Assembly (NCBI GenBank): GCA_951406725.2
Contig: OX597832.1
Location: 60,202,001-60,266,000 of the forward strand
Length of the DNA stretch: 64,000 nucleotides
DNA from: Octopus vulgaris
Taxonomy: Eukaryota
Direction: 5' to 3'
In this document: positions 11,551 to 22,864 of the stretch, piece after piece
Position numbering within the stretch: position 1 is the first letter of the stretch
Layout of the letters: each line of letters opens with the position of its first letter
Position numbers and translations under genes: made by a program
Notes under the pieces: model-generated
The model's database searches: none
Told to the model about the DNA's origin: nothing
Seen by the model: the letters and a program-made list of their open reading frames with translations, nothing else

Positions 11551-12624
11551 CATATATGCGTATGGTATTCATATATACACATAATCTATGTGTAATGTAT
11601 ATACGTGTATGTTGTGTTCATTTAAAGCTAATTGTCATACCATTGTAAAGAGGTTTGTCCCTTCGGATTTGTCTTCCAATTAGAGTTCTAATGACCCAAT
11701 AATACATTAAATTATTTTCAGAACTAATCTCTCGCGTCCGGGGGTGCGGCCAGAACCACACATATTTCTACGATAAAATTTTATTATTATTTTTATTTAT
11801 TTATTTATTTCCTTGTCTCATTATTTCATTGGTCACGTGACCTCGTCGACGCCAACGAATGCCATGGCGTTGTCGCTGTGGTGTTCGTCGTTGTTTACGG
11901 TCAGTTTAGGTTCAGGGATTAAACGCCGCTGCGACGATGTTAATTTTGCTCTATTATTTATCAAACTTTTTTTGCAGGACAGTCTTGCTTATCAACTCTC
12001 CAGGGACCGAAACCCCTCTCTTCTGTGATCCCCACCCTCACTATTGCTAAGCCCCCACGGAGAACACGAATTTATAATTTACTATAAGATGTCAGATTAA
12101 TATGAAACGTAGCTTACAAACCGGTCGCTGCAATTTGACTGGGTTTTTTTCATTTTCATTTTTATTGTCTATTTTCATTTTTATTGTCTATATTGATTAT
12201 TGAACACACAAGAAAAGTGTTTGTTTTTGTTGCCTTTTAAAATATTTTGTTGTTGTTTGTTTGTCTGTTTATGAATTGATCCCATGAGAAAATACGAAAT
12301 TTAAGATTTATTTTGATCGTTTGCTGGGTTTATTTTCCCTTCTTTCTTATTCTGGAAGAAAATATCTCTTTGTCATATTGTGAAATAATTTTTCGATTAA
12401 TGTAGGAAGAATTAAAAGCAAAAGAGATAAAGTGAGAGAAAGAGAGAGAGCGAGAGAGAGTGACAGGCAGAAAAGCAGAGAGATAAACAAGGAGAGAGAG
12501 GAATTTTCAGCTGGATGAAATAAATGAGATTCATTATCGTTAGGCAAACAGGATCTAGTCAGTATACACACACACACACACACAGACACAGACACACACA
12601 CACACACACACACAGACACAGACA

Positions 12625-12678
<54 letters not shown>

Positions 12679-12679
12679 A

Positions 12680-13000
12680 TGTGACAACAAAAGAATGAAA
12701 GAGACTTCAATATTATGTAAGAGGAATTTATCTATAATATAATATGTGACAATTAGTCGGTTGCAATAGTAAAACTCAGAGTTTCGGATGTCGGGGCGGA
12801 ATTCTGCTCCGGCATCTCGTCAGTTATTAAGACAAACAAAAATGCTATGAAAATGACCGTTAAATAATGGGAAATTACTATGAAAATGACCGTTATTAAG
12901 ACAAACAAAAGAGCTATGAGAATGACCGTTAAATAGACCATCAGGTTTCCGGGTTCCTGTGCTGACACCAAACGAATAAAAAAATCGCCACGATAAGGTA
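12680..13000 (-). mobile_element. PLE-like element next to (TA)n with hammerhead-like motif and short internal duplications
   Basis: RC 12830-12764: TAA-CTGACGA-GATG...CATC-C-GAAA-CTC-T-GAG-TT-TTA; repeated GTTATTAAGACAAACAAAA / CTATGARAATGACCGTT blocks at 12823-12935. Confidence 0.55.
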
Positions 13001-13029
13001 GGACAGTATTTATATTGAAAAATATGTAA

Positions 13030-13560
13030 GCACTACAAAATTAAGACATGACAGAGTTGGCCAATATCTACACTGGCTAATAAGTCGGCATTACAATATC
13101 AAAACTGCCGACAAGTGGTATAATCACCACCCTGAAGCTGTAACTGAAGGAGAAAATGTAACGATTCTGTGGGACTTTCCAGTACATACAGACCGAACCA
13201 TCAAAGCCAATAAACTGGATATTGTTGTGAAAGACAAAAACAATAAAGTGTGCTTATTGATCGACATGAGCATCCCCTGTGATCATAATATCTCGGCGAA
13301 AGAGTTTGACAAGCTCAGAAAATATAAAGACCTGCTCATTGAAATTGAGAAAATGTGGCATCTCAAGGCGGTTACAATATCAGTGATCGTAGGAGCACTA
13401 GGAATGATCAAGAAGGGAACCGAAAACTATATGAGAATGATCCCTGGCTTACCATCCCTGCAAGAAGTGTAAAAGATTGACTTAACTGGTCCATCACACG
13501 TATTGAGAAGAGCATTATCGATGTGAGAACTATTACTACCCATGTGTTTTAATTTAACTT
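13030..13560 (+). pseudogene. R4/Dong-like non-LTR retrotransposon C-terminal restriction-like endonuclease fragment
   Basis: RHDRVGQYLHW...ILWDFPVHTDRTIKANKLDIVVKD...LLIDMSIP...KLRKYKDL...VIVGALG; premature stop at 13470. Confidence 0.85.
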
Positions 13561-13618
13561 TAGAAAAAAAGGAGAAGTATGGTGGGATGGAAAACTGAAC
13601 TGACATCATTCAAAAAGC

Positions 13619-13860
13619 TTGGGTACCCTGGGTATCAAAAGAGGAACTTCACAGAGTGATAGCCTATCCCCGTTGCTTTTTGTTCTCTGCGTCATACCCC
13701 TGCCTTTGGTACTTAAGAAAATGAACCTGGGGTACCAACTAAAGGAACAATCTCAAACAACCAGCCACTTCCTCTTCGTGGGTGATTTGAAACTGTATGG
13801 CAACGATGAGTCACAAGTGAGTTCTTTGGTGGACACGGTTCACTGTTTTAATACTGATAT
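13619..13860 (+). pseudogene. R4/Dong-like reverse transcriptase fragment (domains 4-5), degenerate
   Basis: IKRGTSQSDSLSPLLFVL (QGDxLSPLLF) and HFLFVGDLKLY (YMDD-equivalent mutated). Confidence 0.8.
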
Positions 13861-14321
13861 CTAATTCTTCATTGCCCACAAGGGGCTAAACATAGAGTGG
13901 ACAAACAAGGACAGACGAAGGTGCTAAGTCGATTACATCGACACCTGTGCGTAACTGGTACTTATTTAATCGACCTCGAAAGGATGAAAGGCGAAGTCGA
14001 CCTCGGCGGAATTTGAACTCAGAACATAACAGCAGATAAAATACCTATTTCGGAATTTTAACTCAGAACGTAGCGGCAGACGAAATTCCTATTTCTTTAT
14101 TACCCACAAGGGGCTAAACATAGAGGGAACAAACAAGAACAGACATAGGTATTAAGTCGATTACATCGACCACAGTGCGTAACTGGTACTTAATTTATCG
14201 ACCCCGAAAGGATGAAAGGCAAAGTCGACCTCGGCGGAATTTGAACTCACAACGTAACGGCAGACGAAATACGGCTATGCATTTCGCCCGGCGTGCTAAC
14301 GTTTCTGCCAGCTCGCCACCT
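13861..14321 (-). mobile_element. Tandem array of SINE family A units with Tx1-like 3' tail
   Basis: Head at 14321; tail-to-head junctions AAGAAATA|GG(T/A)ATTT at 14045/46 and 14089/90. Confidence 0.85.
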
Positions 14322-14339
14322 TCTTTAATAATAATGGGA

Positions 14340-14584
14340 GAAGAAGAAGAAGAAGAAGAAGAAGAAGAAGAAGAAGAAGAAGAAGAAGAAGAAGAAGAAG
14401 AAGAAGAAGAAGAAGAAGAAGAAGAAGAAGAAGAAGAAGAAGAAGAAGAAGAAGAAGAAGAGAAGAAGAAGAAGAAGAAGAAGAAGAAGAAGAAGAAGAA
14501 GAAGAAGAAGAAGAAGAAGAAGAAGAAGAAGAAGAAGAAGAAGAAGAAGAAGAAGAAGAAGAAGAAGAAGAAGAAGAAGAAGAA
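14340..14584. repeat. (GAA)n ~80 units with one phase slip near 14460
   Basis: Direct reading. Confidence 0.95.
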
Positions 14585-14875
14585 ATGAAATAAAAATATA
14601 TAAACTGCTGAATTAATTAAACCACCTGGGATTTCAATGTTGTTTTTTTCTTTCCTTGTATTGTTTGTTTTGTTTTTGTCGCTCTTCTTTGTTTGCTTTT
14701 CGTTTCCAGCGCTATTTTTGTCCCAAACCAAAAAAGATCAATGCTGGTAGGTTGACTACTCTCCATCGATAAATCATTCCTATGGCAATAGCTACTTGGC
14801 AAGAATGAATTCATCAAACCGCTTCTCTTAATTCCCCAATTGCCTTTGGTTCGGTTAGGACGCCACTCATATACA

Positions 14876-14909
<34 letters not shown>

Positions 14910-14977
14910 CATACATACATACGTGTATATATATATATATATACATATAAATATGCGTGTTCGTGTGTGTGTGTATG

Positions 14978-15030
<53 letters not shown>

Positions 15031-15033
15031 ACG

Positions 15034-15068
<35 letters not shown>

Positions 15069-15284
15069 ATGTGTGCGTGTGTGTGTGTATAATATGTATG
15101 TATGTACACCTTAGAATTTCATTTCTCCCTCTCTATCTATCTATCTATTTATCTATGTCAATGAAAAATGAGTTTCTTTCAAAACGTATCTAAGTTTTGG
15201 GTTTTTTTTTCTTCCTGTTACCTGCTGTTGTTTATTCTTGTTGTTCTCATTGTTGACGTAGTAAAGAGAGGAGAAAAGGAAAAA

Positions 15285-15428
15285 TGAAAGAAAGAAAGAA
15301 AGAAAGACAGACAGAAAGAAAGAAAAAAAAGAAAGAAATGAAGAAAGACAGAAAGAAAGGAAGAAAGAGAAAAAGAAAGAAAGAAAAAAGAAAGAAAGAA
15401 AGAAAGAAAGAAAGAAAAAAAGAAAGAT

Positions 15429-15467
<39 letters not shown>

Positions 15468-15495
15468 AAAAAGAAAGAAAGAAAGAAAGAAAATA
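15285..15495. repeat. Degenerate (GAAA)n tract
   Basis: Direct reading. Confidence 0.9.
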
Positions 15496-15792
15496 AGTAA
15501 GAAAATCGCTGATATTGCAAGTAGCAGGAGGGCTGAATAAAAATTCGTTACGTGTAGCATAAGCAGTATTAGTAAACCCGTGCATCATGCTTATTGCAGA
15601 CACACCACGGAAATCAATTGACTGCGGCATTGGTACTGAGATGATGTCTCTTATAGATGAACAGTGGTGAATAACTCGAAGATATATCAGTGGTAGACGA
15701 AAATTATTGTTTTCCTTTATCAGCGACCATGGATTTCGTCTTACCATGCGGTTGTCAGGGGATACATGCTACTGTATATGTTTATACATATG

Positions 15793-15849
<57 letters not shown>

Positions 15850-15884
15850 ATATATATATATATATATGTATGTATACATATATG

Positions 15885-15916
<32 letters not shown>

Positions 15917-15958
15917 CATGTATATATAAATATGTATCTATGTGTGTGTGTGTATATA

Positions 15959-16052
<94 letters not shown>

Positions 16053-16132
16053 AATATGCATGTGTGTGTATAGATAGAGAAATAGATTAGATATAGGTAT
16101 ACAAGCATAAATATAGATATATATGTGTATGC

Positions 16133-16186
<54 letters not shown>

Positions 16187-16397
16187 CATGATTGATCGCT
16201 AGCCACTAAACCGTGTTTTATTTTATGTTTGTTTCTGTTGAATTATTTCTGTTTATTTCTGTGTTTATTTCTGTTGAAGAGCGTAGGCTCGAAACGTGAA
16301 AGACTTTCTCACTTCCCGAGCGTCAAACTAATACATCTTTTGTTGTTTACACACCCGTTTTCGTCTTTTGTTCCGTTTGTTTTTTTTTGTAAATTCC

Positions 16398-16400
<3 letters not shown>
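16187..16400 (+). mobile_element. ~200-bp (TA)n-inserted PLE-like element with minimal hammerhead-like motif, CUGUNGA variant
   Basis: TTT-CTGTTGA-A-GAGC-GTAG-GCTC-GAAAC-GTG-AAAG at 16268-16302; homologues at 34545, 45711, 47068, 62805. Confidence 0.7.
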
Positions 16401-16453
<53 letters not shown>

Positions 16454-16524
16454 CATATATGCATATATACATACGTATATGTACATATTAACATCTATAC
16501 GTATGTGTATATATGCATATGTGG

Positions 16525-17150
16525 ACACAGGACGTCATGAAACGTGTACAACAAAAAAGTACGAAGCACGAGTACATAGAACATGGACTATTTTTTCGAA
16601 CAAGGAAAGACATATGGAAAACAAAACAAGCAACGAAAAGAACGACCTTCATCAGTTGTTAGCTGCTTGTCTAGTCTCGTATTTCGAGCATTTAACAACA
16701 ATATACGCTTTCGATAAAACAGTTGCTCCCACAAAGCAAATTAAATAAAATTTGGGATTTTGTAGAGGATCAAAATAGGTAACACAAACAGGTCAGTGAA
16801 AACAAACAGGAAGGGCTGCTAAGCCTAAACGAGGTTGTGGTGGCGAACGCGTAAATCAAGCTGGGACAGGAGACAAACAAGGACACGTCTTTTGTTCCAT
16901 CTACAACGGAGAGAAAGAAAGATGGCCGATAGTCACGTGGGAGCCACGTTAGCACGGAAGGAGGAGGGAGGGAGAGAGAGTGACAGAGTAATGGGATAGA
17001 ATAGCGGGAGAAGAGGAGGTAAAAGAATAAGTGAGAGAAAAACGATAGAGTAAAAAGATCGTATAAAGTGCGCATCAGAATTATTACGATAAAAATTACA
17101 TGGCAGAGGATGCATGGCGTTCAATCATATAATAATATAAATAATATAGG
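16525..17150 (-). mobile_element. Non-coding interspersed repeat in (TA)n with CTGATGAAGG motif (related end at 40605-40775)
   Basis: Shared ACAGGAC...CCTTCATCAG...TTTCGA organisation with 40609-40772. Confidence 0.55.
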
Positions 17151-17184
17151 TATATATACATACATATATATATATATATATATA

Positions 17185-17400
17185 CATATTTCGTTTGTGA
17201 ATTTGGTTTGTAAGATTCTTTATATGAGTTCATGTGTTGAAGCATATTTTTTTGTGTCTGAGGAGAGTCATTTTCTTTTCGTGCCTTATAATATAACACA
17301 CTCACCGGTAAAATTTCCACTTTTTTTCTTATTTTTATTTTCCTAAAATTTTCGTTGCGTCTTGCAGCCTTTTCAATAGGTTTGACTGAGTCAAAACTAT
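17185..17400 (+). mobile_element. Interspersed repeat ending in a fold-back palindrome (second copy 37340-37576)
   Basis: High similarity to 37345-37560; ends TTTGACTGAGTCAAA. Confidence 0.7.
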
Positions 17401-17864
17401 TACTTGATAAACGAAAAATACGTTGTAAATACACGACAGATATAAAACGTATATGTATATTGAGGGCACAATCGAACGGAAGACAGCCACAAAGGGTCCC
17501 TAATTCTTCATCAGTTATCAACCAAAATGGTAATAATCAATTTCGTATATGTATTATATATATATTCATTCTTAGGGACAGAACTGCAATCTTTAATTGT
17601 ACTGTTTTATTTTTTATTGTTTTAAAGGCCGGATGACTTTCCTGTTATCAACAATTCCCTTTTCACTGGTACTACCACTGGTTGTCTACTTTCACAACCG
17701 ATTCCATTCCTCTTTGATTCAGTAGCACGTCCAAGATGTCAGCTAGGAGAGAAAGCTGCAACAGTACTTTGCTGGTTTTCATTTTTCTTCTGAATAGACT
17801 AGAGAAACGTGAAGGAAAGTGCCTTGCTCAAGGACACATCCAGTCAACCAGTGCATATATTTTT

Positions 17865-18182
17865 TAAGGCACCCTTTGGTCACGACTGACAAATGGGATT
17901 GCACCAAGAATGTTCCCCTCCGAGGCACAAATCCGAGCAAGATTATTTTATAGAAGACCAACCGTCGCCCATGCATACCAGCCTCACCTCTCCATGCCAC
18001 TGATGTTACCTTAGGGAAACGCAAAGGTGGCGATAAAGCTTGGCAACTGTGACGTCGCAACTCATTTCTACAGTTGAGTGAACTGGAGCAACGTGAAATA
18101 AAGGGTCTTGCTTAAGAACACAACACAGCCCTGTAAGAGAATTGAACTCACAACCTCATGATTATTAGCTCGATGCTCTAAT
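17865..18182 (-). mobile_element. tRNA-derived SINE related to family C with a different tail
   Basis: RC TTAGAGCATCGAGC...GAGTTCAATTC...GTGTTCTTAAGCAAGACCCTTTATTTCACGTTGCTCCAGTTCACTCA. Confidence 0.75.
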
Positions 18183-18456
18183 CTTTCGTGTACATATGTG
18201 TGTGTGCACGCGCGGCTGTGTGTGTGTGTGCGCGCGCGCGCGTCTGTGTGTGTGAGAGAGAGAGAGAGAGGGTGCGTGTATGTATATGTATGCGTGTAAA
18301 AAGAAAAAAGGATCACCTTATAAGCGTTGTTGTTAACATGTATTTTCGGAAATATAAATTACATTGATATTTTTTTTATATCTAAATGTGTTAATACGAC
18401 AGAAACAATTGTTGGCTTTGTAAGGTGAATTTTCTCTATACATATTTTTGCTATAT

Positions 18457-18572
<116 letters not shown>

Positions 18573-19681
18573 AGAGTGTATACAGAATCAGACTAGCACT
18601 CGTACACAACCGCATGTGAGTGAAGAAGGATTGTTTATAGCCATTAATCATTCCATACGTATCATGTTCATGTCACTTATGATATTACAACATTTCGATT
18701 ATCCTCTGTAGCACCACCATCACCACCACCAACGCCGTCAGCACTACCGTCACCACCAACACTACCAGTATCACCACTACCACCGTCGCCATCACAAGCA
18801 TCGTCGCCACCATCTTTGTGTGCAATTTATCCATTATTGACATTAAAAAAAAGTGATTATAGTTCGATCTAAGGGGATCTGAACTAAATGTTTCAAGTTA
18901 ACTGAAAGCTAAGAAGAAGAAAAAAGACAGCGCCGAAAAATAATTTTTAAAAAAAAATTCAATGCTTTTTATTTTCTGTTTACATGAATTAAATAGAGGA
19001 AGGTTGGAGCAGACGACACCTTTTCGGGACAAACAGCGATTAAGCGGTGGCACAAAGGAAGGAAGGAAGGAAGGAAGGAAGGAAGGAAGGAAGGAAGGAA
19101 GGAAGGAAGGAAGGAAGGAAGGAAGGAAAGAAAGAAGGAAGGGATAGGTGAACCAACGAACGGCCAAACAAACGAATGAAATAGGAAGGAAGAAACCAAC
19201 CAACCAACGTAGGCAGGTAGGAAAGAACGAACGAACCAAGGAAAGAAGGAGGGAACGACCAAACGAACGAACGAAAGTAGGAAAGGAGGGAAGGAAGGGA
19301 GGGAGGAACGAATGTATGAAGGAACGAAGAAACGAACAAAAGAAAGAACGAATGAATTTATTCTGAGATCGGGTCTCTGGCTTAAAGGGTTACAACAGAG
19401 TAGACATGCAGCCAAGGTGTGGGGTTCAACCGGTTGATGGTTTTACTGTTCTTAACCAAGAAATAAGGAACGTGCTTATGAATGGTAATCATTTCGTGCA
19501 GAAAGAACCGCCATTGGTCTCTGCACTTCAAGTTCTGAGTTTCATTCCCGACGAGGTCCATTGTGTCTTTTATTCTTCCGGAGTCGATAAAATGAAATAC
19601 CTGAAAAATGTGGAGGTCGTTTGTTTCGACCAACCACCTCCTCTGAAAATTACTCGATTTGTCATTAAATAAGAAACTCTT

Positions 19682-20080
19682 ATGGTGGCGAGCTGGCAGA
19701 ATCGATAGCACGCCGGGCGAAATGTTCAGCGGTATTTCGTCTGTCGTTACGTTGTGAGTTCAAATTCCGCCGAGGTCGACTTTGCCTTTCATCCTTTCGG
19801 GGTCGATTAAATAATTAGCATTTACGCACTGGGGTAGATGTAATCGACATAATTCGTTTGTCTGTCCTTGTTTGTCCCCTCTGTGTTTAGCCCCTTGTGG
19901 GTAATAAAGAAATAGGTATTTCGTCTGTCTTTATGTTCTGAGTTCAAATTCCATCGAGGTTGACTTTGCCTTTCATCCTTTTGGGGTCGATAAAGTAAGT
20001 ACCAGTCAAACACTGGAGTCGAGTGTAATTGACTTAATCTCTTCCTCCAAATTTGAGGCCTTGTGCTTCCAGTAGATAGG
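19682..20080 (+). mobile_element. Composite SINE family A: Tx1-tailed unit nested in an ordinary (TTA)n-tailed copy
   Basis: A box TGGCAGAATCGATAG, B box GAGTTCAAATTCC, Meta-like domain, tail ...AATAAAGAAATA|GGTATTTCGTCTG at 19914/15, second B box and Meta domain, then (TTA)n. Confidence 0.88.
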
Positions 20081-20101
20081 ATTATTATGATTATTATTAT
20101 G

Positions 20102-20173
<72 letters not shown>

Positions 20174-20389
20174 GAGTGAGAGAGCAGTGCACGCCATCAA
20201 AATAACACTGGGGTAAAATATACGAAGCCCAGTATACCCATCATGACTGCCCGTTTGATAAGGGTACACTAGGAACATGCATCACAACCATATGTGCATG
20301 ACATGGTTATCTCATATCAAGATAAACAGTGCATGACCTTGCAGGTGGGGCCCAGTTAGAATTTTCTTCAGGTTGAGTAGCCCATCCCG

Positions 20390-20392
<3 letters not shown>
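20174..20392 (-). mobile_element. Probable non-LTR retrotransposon 3' fragment embedded in (TAA)n
   Basis: ~220 bp unique segment with (TTA)n on both sides; RC starts with short frame ERDGLLNLKKIL*. Confidence 0.45.
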
Positions 20393-20464
<72 letters not shown>

Positions 20465-20487
20465 GTTATTGTTATTATTATTATTAC

Positions 20488-20680
20488 TGCTGGCAGAATT
20501 CTTAGCGGCATCCCCGCTACCGCATTACATTCTGAGTTCAATTTCCGCCAAGGTACACTTTGCCTTTCATCCTTTCAGAGTCGATAAATCAAGTACCAGT
20601 TGAGCACTGGCATCAATGTAATCGACTTACCTCTTATCCTGAAAATTCTGGCGTTATGCCAAACTTTGCATCTAACATTA
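20488..20680 (+). mobile_element. SINE family A, diverged
   Basis: CTGGCAGAATT, GAGTTCAATTTCC, GCCTTTCATCCTTTCAGAGTCGATAAATCAAGTACCAG. Confidence 0.75.
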
Positions 20681-20957
20681 TTATTGCTGTTATGGCACCA
20701 AAATGGCTGAATCGTTTGTATGCCGTATAAAATGCCTTACAATATTTCGTCCGTCATTTTGCTCTGAGTTGAAATTGATGGCCATGTGTCAAAATTTGAC
20801 CCTAATATTATTGTTGTCGTTGTTGTTGTTATTTAGTTCTAATCGAACAGACCTTTGCTCAAAGGTGTTCCAAACGTGACCATCCAGCTTTATTTATTTA
20901 TTTATAACTAAAACTACGTTATTCAATGTGACATTTATGCCACTTTCTTCAAGACTA

Positions 20958-21224
20958 TAGGGACTTAGGAGTAAAGATTGTTTGCCAACATAACACGGGC
21001 AGTCCTGGTTTAGGACGAATGTTTGCTGTAAGTTAGTCCCAGGAGACATCGTCTCCAGCTGGCTAAACGACACGATCTGTGTCCTTGTTCGAAAATATAA
21101 GGACACAGATCGTGTAGTATAGCCAGGTAGAGACGATGTCTCCTGGAGCTAAATTACAGCAACATTCCTCCTAAACCTGGACTGCCATTTTATATTGACA
21201 AACAATCTTTACTCCAAAGTACTG
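20958..21224. mobile_element. Fold-back MITE, probably Tc1/mariner-derived, TA target duplication
   Basis: ~125-bp inverted arms (GGAGTAAAGATTGTTTG/CAAACAATCTTTACTCC; ACACGATCTGTGTCCTT/AAGGACACAGATCGTGT); TA at 20956-57 and 21225-26. Confidence 0.8.
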
Positions 21225-21676
21225 TAGCTGAATATCTCTCGTTGTGAGATTTAAAAATAGTAATTTTCTAATTTATAGGGATTTAGTATTTCTTGCATGT
21301 CAAATGGCCGTACACAGGCTCCCATATGTTTATAGATTCACGATAAATAACATGGTTTCAAGGCCTTAGATTTAGAAGTACCTTCCTCAGTACACGATTG
21401 GTATATACTTCGTTTGCTTTAGAAGTGTAAAAATACAAAGTTTTTCTCGGTGGGATTCGAAACCGAAACGTTAGAATTTGCGGCTAAATACTGCAAAGCC
21501 GTCTTGCTTGATTCTCCATCGTTTCTGTGACTTTATACGATATTGATAACCCTCCCACTTGACATTCCTTCCACGAATGGCACTTTATCCTTCGGCAGTC
21601 AGAAAAACATTTATATACCATTTTACGACTATGCGCTTTACGTGTGTGCATATATATATACTTTGTATATACAAAG

Positions 21677-21756
<80 letters not shown>

Positions 21757-21885
21757 CGCGTGTGTGTGTGTGTTGTGTATGTGTATATATATATATGTGT
21801 GTGTATGTATGCATGCATGCATGTATGTATGTATGTATGTATGTATGTATTATTTGTATGTGTATCCATCTTCCGTCTCTCATTT

Positions 21886-21945
<60 letters not shown>

Positions 21946-21954
21946 TGTATATGC

Positions 21955-22004
<50 letters not shown>

Positions 22005-22864
22005 GTATATATATATGTGTGTGTATCTATGTACGTATGCAAAAACACACACACATTTATGTATATATGTGTGTGTATGTATATATATATGCATATATAT
22101 ATACACACACACAAACATAATATATATGCGTATAAATTCTCATATATATGCAGATATATGCACATAGATACACATACATATATATATGCACACATAATGT
22201 ATAGTACATATACATACATCTATATATGTATATATATTTGTGTGTATGTGCGTGTGTATGTGTGTGTGCGTGCATGTATATTATGCATATGTAATATGCG
22301 ATTCAAGTGTATAAGAAAGTTGGAGAAAGAAGAGTCTTGCTGCCGGAACGTCAGTGTCATTTGCAGTTGTGATCTACTACAGCTTAACGATATAGTCTGC
22401 TGCTGTAAGGGTCAATTATAAAATGGACTCTATTTAAACGAGTTATGTTACAACAACGACGACAAATGCAGGTTTTTAACTTATCGACAAATCAGCGACG
22501 AAAGAAGGAAAAAGATAATGGCGGAGAACAAGGAGGAAAAGAGAGAGAAAAACATGGCCGACCCAATATAAATTGATGTACTTACACACACTCCCTTAGA
22601 AATAATGACATGTCTGTGTGTTCTTCCATGAAAGGAGAATAAGAAAAAAGGAAAAATAAATACATAGCTAAAACAAAACAAAAATATCATGGTGACATGT
22701 TTGTACCCCTTGTTTTATATCTGTGACCGCTTTACTAAGGAATTCGCCTCGGCTGAAGATTGCCACCAATCACGGCGGAATCAAGCAAATTTGAAAGCCT
22801 GCAAATAATCCAAGAGAATATACATTACTTCAAGCCAACAGCCATCTTTACTTGTGTCTTCGAA

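Noticed and set aside
15515-15770. Unique segment in the 166-aa minus-strand ORF as a possible exon
   Set aside because: No recognisable homology or convincing splice sites; ORF length is due to the adjacent (GAAA)n
19682-19775. tRNA gene (A box and B box present)
   Set aside because: No cloverleaf; continues into SINE body; multi-copy SINE head (same for all family A, B and C heads)
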